A stretch of 63,912 nt of DNA, filler included, from Folioceros fuciformis (GCA_049999805.1; 13 parts of 13 records of this genome joined end to end with filler, not necessarily neighbours in it); one strand, 5' to 3'. Shown: positions 22,515-35,479, counted from the first letter of the whole stretch. Notes: generated by a model not told the origin, from the letters alone. Made by a program: numbers and translations.

Positions 22515-22785
22515 AAGAGGATGGGCTTTTGGTGTCGTGCTTGTGTTAGGAGAAGCTAGTGAATCATTGCATGAGGATGGGCTTTTGGTGGCGTGGGTTA
22601 GGAGAGTCTTGTGAAGCATTGCATGAGGATGGGCTTTTGGTGGCGTGGGTTAGGAGAAGCTTGTGAATCATTGCATGAGGATGGGGTTTTGGTGGTGTGG
22701 GCTAGGAGAAGTTTGCGAATCATTAAATGACGATGGGCTTTTGGTCACGTGGGTTAGGACAAGCTGATGAATCATTGCATATGTC
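22515..22785. repeat. 52-bp tandem repeat, about 5 units
   Basis: TTGCATGAGGATGGG recurs at 22567, 22619 and 22671. Confidence 0.9.
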
Positions 22786-25186
22786 ATTGGGTGGCCGAGG
22801 TGCAGTCTGGAAGACCCCAGTGCAGAGGTGCAGATGGTCTGACCTGCATGAGGCCGAAGATGCCACCCGTCGTTACGAGCCTGGGTCCATCGAACCCAGA
22901 GATCTGATTGTGAAAATAATGACCATCGAGGATTGCACAAGCACAGGATCTCCGAGCGTTAGCTTTGAGATCAATGCAGTTCGTTGCTTTGACGACGAAG
23001 CGAAGCTTTTCATACTTGGGGGACAGCCTTCGTCGCCAACAATGCTACTGTGCGAAGCAGTTCCGCAGTCACCAAATCATCAAGGAAACGACTTGTGGGG
23101 AGAGCCACTTCCCGAACAGGGCAAGCAACCTTGATAAGGGAACATCCGGCAGAAGGGGGTTCAGCCTGAGCACATCGGGTGATCACTTTAACTTGGACGA
23201 GGCAACATCACTTCGACTTTGGCCAGATAAACGGTTACGTAAGGACGGAGCAACAGTTCGCCCGCTTGGCCAGCATTTCCTGACTCGTATGCTCGGGGCC
23301 TGCTTGTTATGTGTTTAAAACACCGTTGGCTCTCCAGTCTCCCCACTTGGTCTGCATTGTCGGTCTCCCACAGGTCATATTCTTTCCCTTGCTCCAGCTG
23401 CTGGCCAACTTGAACTAGCCTGGATTTACCACACGTGTTGCTGTAGACGAGGATCCACCAAGCTTCTCCCTCCCACGAGATAGGACCAGAGGTTCCTCAC
23501 AAGCCGACTGCCCATAGATGGCCGAATTTCAATCCGCTGCCGGCAAGCAGCAATCCAAGTAAAACCGAAAAGAAAAGAACCAAAACAGAATGAGGGCAGA
23601 TACACTGGTCCTTTGAGATCCGGGGCCCCAGCTCTTTGTAAACCCGATTGCGAATGCTGGGTCCCGGATCCGAGCTCCTACGACCCCTTCTCCTGCTTCT
23701 CTGTTCAAGCCTTGACATGACGTCCGTGCACATGTTGCACACTCTGCACAATGTCATACTGAGACTCAGCTAGCATACCACCACCAGCCAAATCGCTCTG
23801 GAATTGCCCGAATATGAAATCCCAAAGCGATAATACTCAGCATGCCCACCCAAGAGCATCTTGCGCCGCATCCATTGTGAGCAAACATGCCCACCAAAGG
23901 ACATCTTCCTCTTCCATGAACCGCATTAAAATAGCAGTTACGTGTCCACCGGGCAGATGTAGACCAAGGGCAACCAGCGCATTGCATGTCACCACACGCG
24001 TTTAGGCCAAGCTGTCCAAAACCTGGCGTGCAAATTCCACTTCACCACAATTCGCATTGCACACACAGTCATGTGCTGGACAGCAGGGCAGACGGTCAAA
24101 ACACCATCATGCAGCAGTAGCTTTTGCACACTCGGTCGGTGAGTATACGTTCCTCTAAATGTTCTCTGGATGGCTCCGCTGCTTGTGCAGGTCCTCAGTG
24201 CTTCAGTAACCGATATGGCGAGCCAAAATGAGGCCCTCCTGCTCCATGTGCTCATGCGAAACAAGTGCCTCGTGTCCTAGCCCTTGTTCTTCACACCCAG
24301 CATTCACCACTGACCGTATCCACTTCAAGTTTCCAGTGTCATGGAGTTGGTATGAATACTGGTATGGAGTGCCCATGACCTCGTGAGCTGGTAACAACCT
24401 CCGCCTTCATAGCTGGGGAGCTGGGCTGAGGTGGGCCAGAATGAATTTGCTGGCCACATCTGCCATGCAGCATCCCTATCTTTCAAGGCCTGTAACATTA
24501 AGCAAGAGACGGAGCAGGAGCTCCCCGTTGTCCTGGAACCAGAACGCCAGAGCACTCAGCAGCATTATCTTCTCTCATTGTAGGCTAAGCCTTGAGATCA
24601 CCAGCAGGCTAGGCCTTTCAGATCACCAGCCGGCCAGGCTTTTCAGATCACCAGCCCGCCAGGCTTGTGTTGACGTGACCGTCCATGTGCTATGTGGAGC
24701 CTGCCTAGACTTTTGTTTGGATGAAAGACATCATGAACGCACCCGCTGGTATCGCTTCATAATTTCCTAGTGCCGGTTCTCAACTATGGCTACCCAATCC
24801 ATTACAACCCTTAGATGATGTTCAGACTAGCTGTGTTATATATGTATATATATATATGTTCTTGCAAACAGATGATCAGTCTGGCTGCAGAGGCTACCAC
24901 AAAGCATAGCTGGATGAGAGTTCAAAGCGCCTTGAAGTTCCTCCTCATTGACAATCGTGTTTCTACTCTTGTCCCAAATGGAAAGGCCAGCTGACTCACA
25001 CGTTGAACTGGGCTTTCCGTGTGGGACAGGAGAAGAACGTGCGAGTCATGGATACTTCTGTGTGTTGTATAACACAAAGTAACGGTGACTGTAACATTAT
25101 GCCTCCAGAGTGATCGGGTCACTATATGTTATTCCTACCACCAAGTGCAATATGAGAAGAGAAACCAAACCCCATGATCAGGATCT

Positions 25187-25336
25187 GAGATCCGGAGTTG
25201 TTACAACACAAGAGATCCGGAGTTGTTACAACACAAGAGATCCGAAGTTGTTACAACACAAGAGATCCGAATTTGTTACAACACAAGAGATCCCGAGTTG
25301 TTACAACACAAGAGATCCGAAGTTGTTACAACACAA
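25187..25336. repeat. 25-bp minisatellite, 6 units
   Basis: Unit GAGATCCGGAGTTGTTACAACACAA. Confidence 0.95.
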
Positions 25337-26113
25337 CGTTGCTATGCTATGTTGGCCAAGGCGCACCTAGCTAGAAAATACCATGAATGTGGCTGAACCC
25401 TCAAGACAATTTTATAGGGTAGAAGGCAACCGGATAATGTTAGGGCTAGGGTTAGGGTAAGAAGGCAACCAGACGAGACAACAACTAGTACTTTAGGGTG
25501 AGTAAGACACAGCTTCAGCTGGGTGAATAATGTTAGGGCTAGGGTAAGAAGGCAACCANNNNNNNNNNNNNNNNNNNNNNNNNNNNNNNNNNNNNNNNNN
25601 NNTTAATTAATTAANNNNNNNNNNNNNNNNNNNNNNNNNNNNNNNNNNNNNNNNNNNNGGGTAGCCTGCATCAGCTCCTCGCTGCTGCTGGCGACATGGA
25701 ACGGTATTCTGCCCTCTCCTCCTTCCCGGCCTCCTGCTCCTACGCATGGAGGTAGGCCGTGGGGAATGTCCCAAGCCGAATCTGCGGCTAATTGCATAAG
25801 GCTGGCGAACCTGCATTGGAGCTCCCTCCGACGCCCCGCCACCAGCCCCCGCGCCAGCACCTCCGGTTGGCCTTGAGGATGTTGTCGTCGTCCTCTCATC
25901 GACTCTCTCATTTCCTGCTTCTCCTGCAGGAGCAACCGTGAGTGGGTTTAGCGAGTGAGTGAGGGGACTACCTGTGTCTGTCTTTTGCTTGCTTTCCTTG
26001 CTCACTCTTGCAACCTCGTCTTGTCTCGACGCCGAGATAGCATTGTGGCTTGCAGTGATGTAAGTTGGTCCACCAATTGTAGCCTTCCCTTTTCCTTTCC
26101 CGTTGCAGCCGCC

Positions 26114-28513
26114 ATGTCTCCCGCTTCCTCTTCCTCTTCCGCCCTCGATGTGGACTGCTGCCTGCACATGTTGCAGGGGCCGGCCCTGTCCAGCGGCTCC
26201 GAGGACAGCTGCCATACTCCGGCGGTGGCGCTCTTCCACGACACTTACTCCCCGGGCGCGCACGCCATGTCCATCGGGGACATTGTCAGTGCTCATCTTG
26301 ATCTCAGCGTCGTTGCTCCCATGAGTCTGCCTGCCGTGCACGACTCGCACCCATGCCACATCTCGCAGCTGCCTCCTGCAGCGCTCCAGTTTGCACACCA
26401 GCATCAGCACCAGCACCAGCACCAGCACCAGCCAGCGTCCTGCTCGCCCCATATCATGTCCGGGATGCGGTATCAGGACCGCTCTCAATTCCTTGCGCTC
26501 CAGCCGTCTGATATGATGCACCAGGTCGTGTCCATGCCACACCAAGTCCCGCCAATGTCTGCTTCCGTCTCAGTCTCTACCTCTGCCTCTGCTCCCGGAC
26601 CTCCTGTCACCATGCATCCCAACCTTGTGTCCACCTTGAAGTCCATTGTGTCCCCAATGTCCCAGGAGCGGATGCTGCCTCAGACTGCGGACCACTGCCC
26701 GCAGGGTGACCACATTATGCTGGATGCTTCTTCCGGATCCGTGCATCAAATCGGAGCCGGATCGGTGGCACCAACGCAGCCGGGAATGGGCCTCATGCTG
26801 CAGCAGGATCTGCCAAACAAGGGCTTGCAGTATCTGCTCAGCCTTGATCCTTCCTCCTCGCAAGTTCCCGCTCACGGCGTCCCGGACTCGGCTGCTGTGT
26901 GTGCGGAGTTGGAATACATGGCGAGAGCCAACCAGTTGCTGCGCCACCACAACGCCTGTTGCCAGGCCGACATGATCATGATGCACAAGCAAATTTGCCG
27001 AGAGCAGCAGCAGCTTCTGGCGTCGTACCAGGAAATGCAGGAACTGCAGCACAACAATGCCATGGTGGAGCACCTGCGCACAACCTTCGCGCAGGCCCCG
27101 GTTGTTGATATGCAGCAGGCATCTTCCGACATGGATGTGCTGGCAGGATGCAACATGATGCAGGAGGCCATGAGTTTCAACGACATCATCTCCGAGCAGC
27201 AGCAACGGCAGCAGCATCAACAGCAGCACAGCCAACAGCAGAGCTGCTCCCAGGCCGACTCTCAGGAGCTTCAGTATGTAAACCTGTGCCTCTCCGACAG
27301 CAACTTCCAGGACAAGGTGGATTCCAAGTCGCTCACATTTTGCACCGGCTCGGAGTTGGATTTGCTGGTATCGGGTGAGCTCACGGCGGCCCCAGCCGTA
27401 AATGTGGTGGTGCCGGAGGCGGCCGCGCTGGGGCCGGGACAGGGGCAGGGGCAGTCGGGTTTCGGCTACGACATCGATGGCATTGCGGAGCATCAGGCTC
27501 TGAGCCAGCATGTGGATATGGCTAGATCGTCCAGTGAGGAGTTAAGTGCCGGCAAGGCTTCCCCGCCGCATCAGCAGGGCCTGCAGGAGACGCCGGCTTT
27601 GCAGAGCATGCTCTCCACTTCCAGCACTTCCTCGGGCGGGGAGTATAGCTCGCATGATCAGGAGCAAGCAGCGGTCATTCCTCTGGATCTCATCCAGAAC
27701 CGTCGCCCCTTCCGTTGCACTCACGCGGGGTGCAATAAGACGTTCAAGAACCCGCAGACCATGAGGATGCACAGGAAGACGCACGCCTCGGCGGGCGCGG
27801 GAGCGGGAGCGGCGACTCAGGCGCAGCAGCAGCTCCAGCAGCCGCTATCGGCGACCTGCAAGGCGGGGCAAAACAAGAAGATCCCGTGCCGGTGCCCTGT
27901 GTGCAAGAGAACCTTCGTGGGGTTGTACGAGTTGAGGCGGCATTTCGGAAGGAAGCACACGCAGGGCGAGAAACGGCATGCGTGCAGGAAGTGCAGCAAG
28001 AGGTTTTACATCGAGGTGGATTTGAGGGACCACGAGAAGATCTGTGGGGAGCCCATGGAGTGCAAGTGCGGCATGAAGTTCGCCTTCAAGTGCAACCTGG
28101 TAGCTCACAAAAAGGCACATCCCGAATGTCAAGATCAGATTTACAGTTCCAGCGAGGAGGAAAAGAGCAGTGGCAGCAAGCGATGCAGCCCGCCTTTACT
28201 CCAGTCTCCCTTCTCCAAGCTCAGGCCGGACGCGTCCGGCCACGGCCGCCACGCCAGCCTTGCATCCCGCTACATGGTGGCAGCAGGCATGGAGCAGCAG
28301 CAGGCTGTCCCTTTCACTGTCGCGCAGCAGCAGATGGCGGCTTTCTTGAATGTGCCATCTCCGGCTTCGTCCGCGATCGGGGGCTCCCGGATGACGGTGA
28401 AGGAGGAGGTGGTGACTGCCATGCCACTGAGTTACTACGCGGCGGATGTGACATGCACCGGCTTTCAGCTACCTCCCGGCATGCAAGCCCTCCCTCATAG
28501 CTCTATGGCTTGA
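26114..28513 (+). CDS. C2H2 zinc-finger transcription factor (STOP1/WIP/IDD-type finger array) with a long Gln/His/Met-rich N-terminus
   Basis: Fingers FRCTHAGCNKTFKNPQTMRMHRKTH, CPVCKRTF..LRRHFGRKH, CRKCSKRF..DLRDHEKIC, CKCGMKFAFKCNLVAH. ATG in GCCGCCATG context right after an acceptor (probable 5'UTR intron 25938-26108). Confidence 0.88.
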   Translation: MSPASSSSSALDVDCCLHMLQGPALSSGSEDSCHTPAVALFHDTYSPGAHAMSIGDIVSAHLDLSVVAPMSLPAVHDSHPCHISQLPPAALQFAHQHQHQHQHQHQPASCSPHIMSGMRYQDRSQFLALQPSDMMHQVVSMPHQVPPMSASVSVSTSASAPGPPVTMHPNLVSTLKSIVSPMSQERMLPQTADHCPQGDHIMLDASSGSVHQIGAGSVAPTQPGMGLMLQQDLPNKGLQYLLSLDPSSSQVPAHGVPDSAAVCAELEYMARANQLLRHHNACCQADMIMMHKQICREQQQLLASYQEMQELQHNNAMVEHLRTTFAQAPVVDMQQASSDMDVLAGCNMMQEAMSFNDIISEQQQRQQHQQQHSQQQSCSQADSQELQYVNLCLSDSNFQDKVDSKSLTFCTGSELDLLVSGELTAAPAVNVVVPEAAALGPGQGQGQSGFGYDIDGIAEHQALSQHVDMARSSSEELSAGKASPPHQQGLQETPALQSMLSTSSTSSGGEYSSHDQEQAAVIPLDLIQNRRPFRCTHAGCNKTFKNPQTMRMHRKTHASAGAGAGAATQAQQQLQQPLSATCKAGQNKKIPCRCPVCKRTFVGLYELRRHFGRKHTQGEKRHACRKCSKRFYIEVDLRDHEKICGEPMECKCGMKFAFKCNLVAHKKAHPECQDQIYSSSEEEKSSGSKRCSPPLLQSPFSKLRPDASGHGRHASLASRYMVAAGMEQQQAVPFTVAQQQMAAFLNVPSPASSAIGGSRMTVKEEVVTAMPLSYYAADVTCTGFQLPPGMQALPHSSMA

Positions 28514-29146
28514 GGGAAGGACGGAAAGGAAAGGTTAGCTGTTTTTTTTTTCAGCGAGTTGTGGCTAACTGCTTTCCACCCTGCTGGGATGGGGATGAGA
28601 TGAGATTTGAGGTTAGTAGGTTGTGCATAGGTCGGTCAGACAAAGGTTGAGTTGAGCTTCAAAGCGGCATGGATACCTTCAAGGACGCCCTTGAAAGCTC
28701 ACACTAGCATTTGTGTCTCGTGTATATGATCACATCGCACCCGGATGTTGGTCGCTCAGTTTTCCTGGAGAGCACCTCACTCCTGTGGTGATCCATTATT
28801 CTTTATGGGAAGAAAGAAGAAAATAGTAGCAGCACCCCCCAAGCTGGGAGGAGGGGTGTGCACAGTAGAAGCTCTCAGTTGCAAGTCCATCTCCAAGTCT
28901 CGGCTGGCTTCTTAGGCTTTGAGATGGCAGAGTCTCTCTGCTTTGTAGTTGTACCATATGCATTGGAAGCTCGCTTTGGAAGCTTGCAATTCAGACACCT
29001 CTTTGTGATTCATCTTCTCCGATGTCAACTTCAGCTGACATCTGTGAGGAAAAGGTTCCTGCTTTTGACATCTGCCAAGTCGTCCTTCCCTGGCTGCTGC
29101 TGCTGGCTGCCGGTGAACGGATCATGATTTGGATGGCGCCCAGCCA

Positions 29147-29253
29147 GCCACCCAAGCCATGTCGTCCCCGTGTGAAATGGTCAAGGCCGTGATCGCCACC
29201 CAAGCCATGTCGTCCCCGTGTGAAATGGTCAAGGCCGTGATCGCCCCCAAGCC
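29147..29253. repeat. 48-bp tandem duplication (2 exact units plus a partial)
   Basis: Unit GCCACCCAAGCCATGTCGTCCCCGTGTGAAATGGTCAAGGCCGTGATC. Confidence 0.9.
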
Positions 29254-29848
29254 TTGCCTACTCCATCGGCGCATCTCCCCAAACACGTTTCTGCACGGGA
29301 AGCCACTTGACCGTCCTTGCACTTCGAGCTGCTTCCTGAATTTCGTACAGTACTTAACAACCTGCCACCATGTAGGTACGAAAACCAAGCCTAGCTCCAC
29401 ACTCGAGGAGCCATATTTCTCAATGCAGTCGGCACAGACTAGAATACGTACGCAAAACAACAAACGGCTAGCCCTTTGCGGCTGGAATAAATTGCCGCCA
29501 GTTTACATGGTTCGGGAACGGGAGTCACGTCTCCCTCTCTCCCATGCACTCCGCACCGCAAGCCAGAGTAAACAATTCTCTCCAAGGTCCGTTTGACGGC
29601 GATGCTACCGTGTGGTCTCTGCTGTAGGTATTTTTTGTGGTTACCCCAGCTGGCTAGATACGCTTCTTACTGTCATTTCTCTTCTCTCAATAGCTTTCTT
29701 CCCTTTAGTACTTGACTGGTGGAGACATCAAGCTGATCAACATCAGCCTCGTCAAGGCTTCTCAACACACTCCGACGACCCAGAATTGAAGGTGACGATG
29801 GCCAGGATATAAAATAATATAATGATTTTGCACTATTGAACAAAACTG

Positions 29849-32800
29849 TCAAACGTTTCCTACGGTTGCTGCACTGTCCAGGTTCTGATCTGGAAAAATC
29901 GCTGCACCTAATTCCAGATGTGAAACTCGGACAGCACCTATTAGTCTTTCCGGTAGCTCGTCCATGCCGTTTCCCTGCGAATGGGGGCGACGTTCGGAAG
30001 CATTTCAGTCTTGACTTGAAGCCCGTCAAAACTTAGCCAGAACCACACTGTTCACAATCTGCAACATACCTGGATGAGAAAAGCCATGTCCACAACTAGT
30101 GACGTCACCACACCGAAGACCAGTGACAAAACTCCATTTGCCACAGTTGACGACCCAATGTCGGCGTCTACCTGCAGAACCAGGACCCACACACGGACAT
30201 CAGCGTCTCAACGTGACACGTCCATCCACAGGCCACTCCTCTACACTAGCGAGGTATTTGTTGTACCTCTAGGTACTTCTGACCACGTATATACGTACAA
30301 TCCACAGCTTTTCCCAAAATGCATGGTGTGCTACCAACACTTTGTCTTACAATCCAAGAGCCCTGACAACGATCGGGTCAAAAGTGAGAGGTCCACAACA
30401 CAGCCAGCCACCAAAAACCAAAAAGGAAAATTAACAAACACAAAACCACAACATCGGATGACCTAGCGGCAAGAGCACACCTTGGGAACAGAGGGAATCA
30501 GCTTCAACCTACTGTTTCGAAAACCATCATCACCATCGACAAAACGTTGCAACAATGAGCCTTGAACAAAAGGCTTCTTCGACACGAAATAAAAGACCAT
30601 GCTGTAGTGCATGGAGCCAGGAACCTGTCACAGTACAGACACGTGATCGAATTCATAACCACAGTCGTCCTGAGACGCCGGGCAGACATAGTTCCCCGTA
30701 ACCTACGTGCAAGCAACTCGCTGACTCACTTGTATATTGAAGGCTATGGTGAAAAAGCCTTTTTCAGCCGCTACCTGCACAACAGCTGGAGCTGTGAGAA
30801 CCATTCGCTCAGGACTACACACAACTTTTGTCTCACGATGAAGCGAAGGCAGCCTAGCAAGACAAACAACCTGAGCAGCACAGCCTTTCCGTCTCGCCAG
30901 ATGGTCCATTCTTTTAGAGTCTTTGAACCAATCAACCGCAACCAGCTGCATCAAAGGCTCTCCTGCAGGCACCTTTGTTCATCCACAAGACTTAGTGACT
31001 TTGAGACATGACGACAGGACAAAGTCCAATACAAATTCAAAAGGGCCTCACTTTTGTTCGGTCAGTAAGGAAGCGCTTGCTTCGAACTCTAAAATTGTTG
31101 CCATGAGGTATACTCCAGCAATTCTTCCCCGTTTCAAGATCCCCTTTTTTCAATGAGCCGCAAAACGCAGTTAAATCAAAAGTTTGTGCCAACTCCTCTT
31201 CTGAAACGCTCCTTACTGCACCATCTTCGCCATACCATACCAAGTCAGACAACGCAAAGGAGGACATGCTCCAAATAATGAAGGAGCTAACTCCAATGAA
31301 AGACCAAGGAGGAAAAGAGAATTCGGCTTACCAGGAGAGCTTTGCTCCTTGAACAGTTTCCGAGACATCAACTGCAAACAATTCACCAGCAAGTACAATA
31401 TAAGACTGCAGAATCGCAGAAGCTGAATTCATGAAAGATCACCACACATTCTCCATATTGATTGCAGGTAAAAGCAAGATGAACCTCTTTGTCCTCCACC
31501 ACAAAGTCATCTGCCTCATCGTCCGAGTCTTCGTCCGCCAGCACCTCTTGCAGGCTTGCAGCCTGCATTTGCTCCATCGATGGAGTCGTTTCGATGTGCC
31601 GCTTCCTTTGCTTTTTGGTGACTAGACCTGCTGACATCTTCCCCATTCTTGGTGTTGGAGTGGGCACCTGACCTCCATCTCTTTGGGCAAACCATTCTCG
31701 CAAACCTGCAGTCCCAAACACAAAGTTGTTGATGATCATGAGACATATTATCATCAAATAGCATTTACAAACACAGTTGAAGGCTTTGTAAGCTTTAGTG
31801 TCCATGGGGTGAAGTGACAAACCAGCGACACTGTTCAGCATCTGGATCATGGTATGTTGCTGAATGAAGGGCACACGTCCAACCCCCCAACCTTTGAGAT
31901 CGATCTCCACAAGATGCTGAACTCGGGCACGCGGCTCCCCCGAATTAGCCCGGTTTTGAAGGGGAGAAATGGTAAATCCTCCACCTGCCAGCAGAAGCTG
32001 AAGGAATGAGCCAAGGCGAACGAAGATTCCAAAGACTTTGTGCGATAAACTAAGCAGATTGTAAGGCCTCACAAACACATGAACGCAGAAGAACGAGGCA
32101 GTACGCTTACTTTCCATATGAGCACGTACACAACCAGGTTGGGGAGGGCAAAGTGGATGCTCTCTGGACCGGAACAAAATAACTGAAACAGAAGAAAGTT
32201 CCAAGTTCAGAACCAGCATGAAAACCCCAGAACTTTGCTCTAACTGGAGACATGCTGGAAGCCAACCAAACACACAAGGCGACGGAGAGGGAAGTCAGAC
32301 AATACCATAACTTCCATCGTCATTTCGTCTCCAATACCGTGTGTAGCAAAGATCACGGGGCCAAACCAGCCTACAGTCCATCTCAGATACAGTTATCAAC
32401 AAGCTAAAGCGCTGCAGATGCAATTGGATACACGACACACTCCACATATCAATCTGGTAGAAAAATTAAGCTTTGCAAACATTACATTGGAAAGTACTCT
32501 AGCTGTAAGCGGTGGTAGACAACACCAGTATGGCCATCCACCTCCTCCACTGTACTTCCAACATGAAAGCTGCAATCCCATCTGAATTCCAAGGACAGAT
32601 GTCAGTAACACTAAGAAAAGTTTACGATTTCAGCCTCCGAGACACAAACAACACAATACACTTACTCATAACGCGTCTCACCCATGCCCATAATCAGCTC
32701 AAAAATGTCTGAGCATGAGGCATCCACAACACCCACTGCCATCATAGCCTTGTAGGGACTTTGGTTCTGGAAGAAAGACATTAGTCATTATGTGCTGTCG

Positions 32801-34428
32801 ACATTCAGGATCTAGAGCAAGTAAGCAGGCTTCCAAAGCACAAACAGAGGTGGTCACACAGAGGAAACAAAGAATACCCCTCGACTCCCATCCGCGATCT
32901 GTTCAAAGAATCGGAGTCCTGCATCACCAAACATGAAGACCTACTTCAGAGGGCTGCTCCATTTTAGCTGCAACCATGCAATCGCTTCCACAAATGATCA
33001 GACAATACGCCTTACCGTTTTGGCATCGTACTAATCGCATGTGCTTTCTGGAAATCAATGGGTCCTTTTCTCTCTCGCTGAACAGTGGGTCAACAGCACA
33101 ACTCCAATCCCGGACGGAATCTGGAAGACCTGCATCAGACAAAAATACATTAGCAGAAATTCACAATGGTCATGTGGAGGACGCAGAAGTTTGTAATCAC
33201 TTTGTTCATCACCGTTTCCGCACAAGTCTCCCTGTTTTTCATCTTCCTCCTGTGCAGGACTGAAAACAAGATCCAAGCAGAGATGAATTCAGATGAAACC
33301 CTGGTTCACTTTTAGCCGTCAAAAGAAGAGGATATCGTAGTCAGCACTGTAAGACTTACAGGCTTTCTCTGTCAGAAGAAGACGCCGTCCTCTCAGGTTC
33401 ATTGCCATTTTTGAAGTCTGCAATATCGAACCGTGAAACGGTAGCAGATTTTTGCCCTATCTGTGATTCTGTCACCTGATCGATGGCACGTTCAAGTGCC
33501 TCTTTCCAGGCACACGCTTCCTGAATGTTCAGCGCGGCCATCTATGCATGCACGAAGCCCGCAATTAGGTGAAAAGATCCTGTACACCGTTGTGCAAAAC
33601 CTCTCCAACACTGTCCTCTGCCTAGTGATATTCTGCATACCGTTATTCGATGTGACTTGTCTTTCATGTTGTAGATGGAGAGCACATACACGGCCTGCCC
33701 AAGGCGTGCAACACACAAGATGCGTTAGCACAAAAACAAGCCACAGGCAAGCTCATCGTGGGCATCCAAGCCCTGGGTAAGTCAGAATATGGCAGGCTCA
33801 GTATGGCACATGCAAGCAGGATCACTTGCCCACCGCCGTAAGCCGAAGAAAAGAACACAAAACAAAACAAAAACCCGTCGACCAATCCCTTCATCATGCC
33901 CTTCACATATGCACGGGTCTGTCATCTAGAGTTCACAATGTGCTCAAAGTCGAAGCTCGCAGCGCTCAGCTCCAAACTGACAGAACTGTCCACTACATCG
34001 AGCATGCACAGGCCGATGATCACGGGGAACAGAGCTGTGGAGATTCCTTAAGGCTTACATGGCCATGATGAGTCTCCAGCCCTCGGTCCTGCACTCTGCA
34101 ATTTCCGTCGATGAGGAGAGATTTGAGGGGCACCTACCACACGAACGCAGACAATGATTGGTGTCAGCGAGACGGTTGCAGAGATAGCGCAGTCGTCTGC
34201 CCGCCGATGACTTAGTCAACGAACTGCTGAGGCGAGCAAACAGCAAAGCTCGAGGCTGCAACTAGTAGGATCATGCCACCGGAGGATCACCTCTTTATCA
34301 GACGGCTTCTTCTTGTAGTAGGCCAACATAACAGGCTCCAACACGAAGTAGCGCTTGTGGAAAAACGAACGACCAATCTTACGCCGTCCATACCGTACCA
34401 TCCAGCCCTCCATTACAGCCCTTGCCAT
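29849..34428 (-). CDS. EDR2: EDR2-like PH-START-DUF1336 protein, multi-exon
   Basis: First exon MARAVMEGWMVRYGRRKIGRSFFHKRYFVLE (PH domain). START-domain pieces CQNGLRFFE, PRDLCYTRYWRRNDDGSY, VQHLVEIDLKGWG. DUF1336 pieces NNFRVRSKRF, VDWFKDSKRMDH. Last exon GNGMDELPERLIGAVRVSHLEL...*. Confidence 0.93.
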
Positions 34429-34789
34429 AAACAGAGCGATCGCGCACACGATCCCAACCCCAAGCCCCGATCCGCTCACGACCGCAACCGGCCAAGTCTC
34501 AACACCCCGCCGCCCGGAGCGTGAACCTCTCATCTACGGAACCTACATCCCGTCGGCCGCACCACATAATCCCCACCCGGCGTCGCACCAGAAGCGAGAA
34601 TCCCGTCCTCCTCGATTCCAAACCGAAAAACCCCGGATTCCTCACTCCCCACGCCCGATCCGCAACCCCCGCCTGCCCCGCGAGCCGGCNNNNNNNNNNN
34701 NNNNNNNNNNNNNNNNNNNNNNNNNNNNNNNNNTTAATTAATTAANNNNNNNNNNNNNNNNNNNNNNNNNNNNNNNNNNNNNNNNNNNN

Positions 34790-34876
34790 AACCCAATGTC
34801 TCAACGACAGTGGGATAAGTGTGGCCACTAAAGGTGGAACCCGTCGGCAACCAGTGCCCGGGGTTTTGCCTCCACA
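34790..34876. repeat. Terminal fragment of the LTR-like repeat (third copy)
   Basis: Near-identical to about 11202-11287, ending GGTTTTGCCTCCACA. Confidence 0.85.
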
Positions 34877-35055
34877 GCCTGCTTCTTGCAGCTCCAGTTC
34901 ACTATGGCTGTGGATAAGAGGAAGCAATGTGCGCTCAAACTTTTCCTTGAGTCTGGATCAGATGCCTAGTCGGCATCCATATAGCCAATGAGTGAGAGCT
35001 TGCCTGTTCCTCCGCTTTGGTATACAAGCCCATATGTTAGGGTTCCCTTCAAGAG
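34877..35055 (-). pseudogene. Short Copia RT/RNase H fragment
   Basis: LKGTLTYGLVYQSGGTGKLSLIGYMDAD*ASDPDSRKSLSAHCFLLSTAIVNWSCKKQ, with the conserved W replaced by a stop. Confidence 0.85.
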
Positions 35056-35479
35056 CGTTCCCACCAAATGCAGGGTTTAGGGTTTAGTCCCTTTGAGTAG
35101 AAGCCACAGTGGTACCTGTGACGTCAAGTGTTAGTTAGGACTTTGGGTGGGACCCACCATGGTAACGGAATCCACCACCAATTGTGGAAATACCAACCGG
35201 TAGTAGAGGCAACCGTGGTCGTGGAGTCCCCAACCTCGGTTGTGGAGTAAGGAGTAGAGTTGTGGGGTATAACCTGTGGTGGCTATGCTAACTAAGGGGT
35301 AGTGGTAGTTGATCTAGGAGGTAGTAGAACAGGTGGTAGGTAAGGCTTGACCTAGGGAAGAGTCAATATTAGGAGAAACTTGTGTTACTTGGCACAAATC
35401 ATTCCCTTGGGATTGAATCCCACAGCTACAACGACATAGAGGGTTTGTGTGGCCCTTGCGGTGCCCCTGGGCACAATAT

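Noticed and set aside
23760-24770. Possible gene remnant on the minus strand
   Set aside because: Frames are short and interrupted, and I cannot assign a family or a consistent exon chain.
25607-27511. Long antisense ORFs (312 and 313 aa) over the zinc-finger gene
   Set aside because: Shadow frames of a GC-rich coding strand; no motifs.
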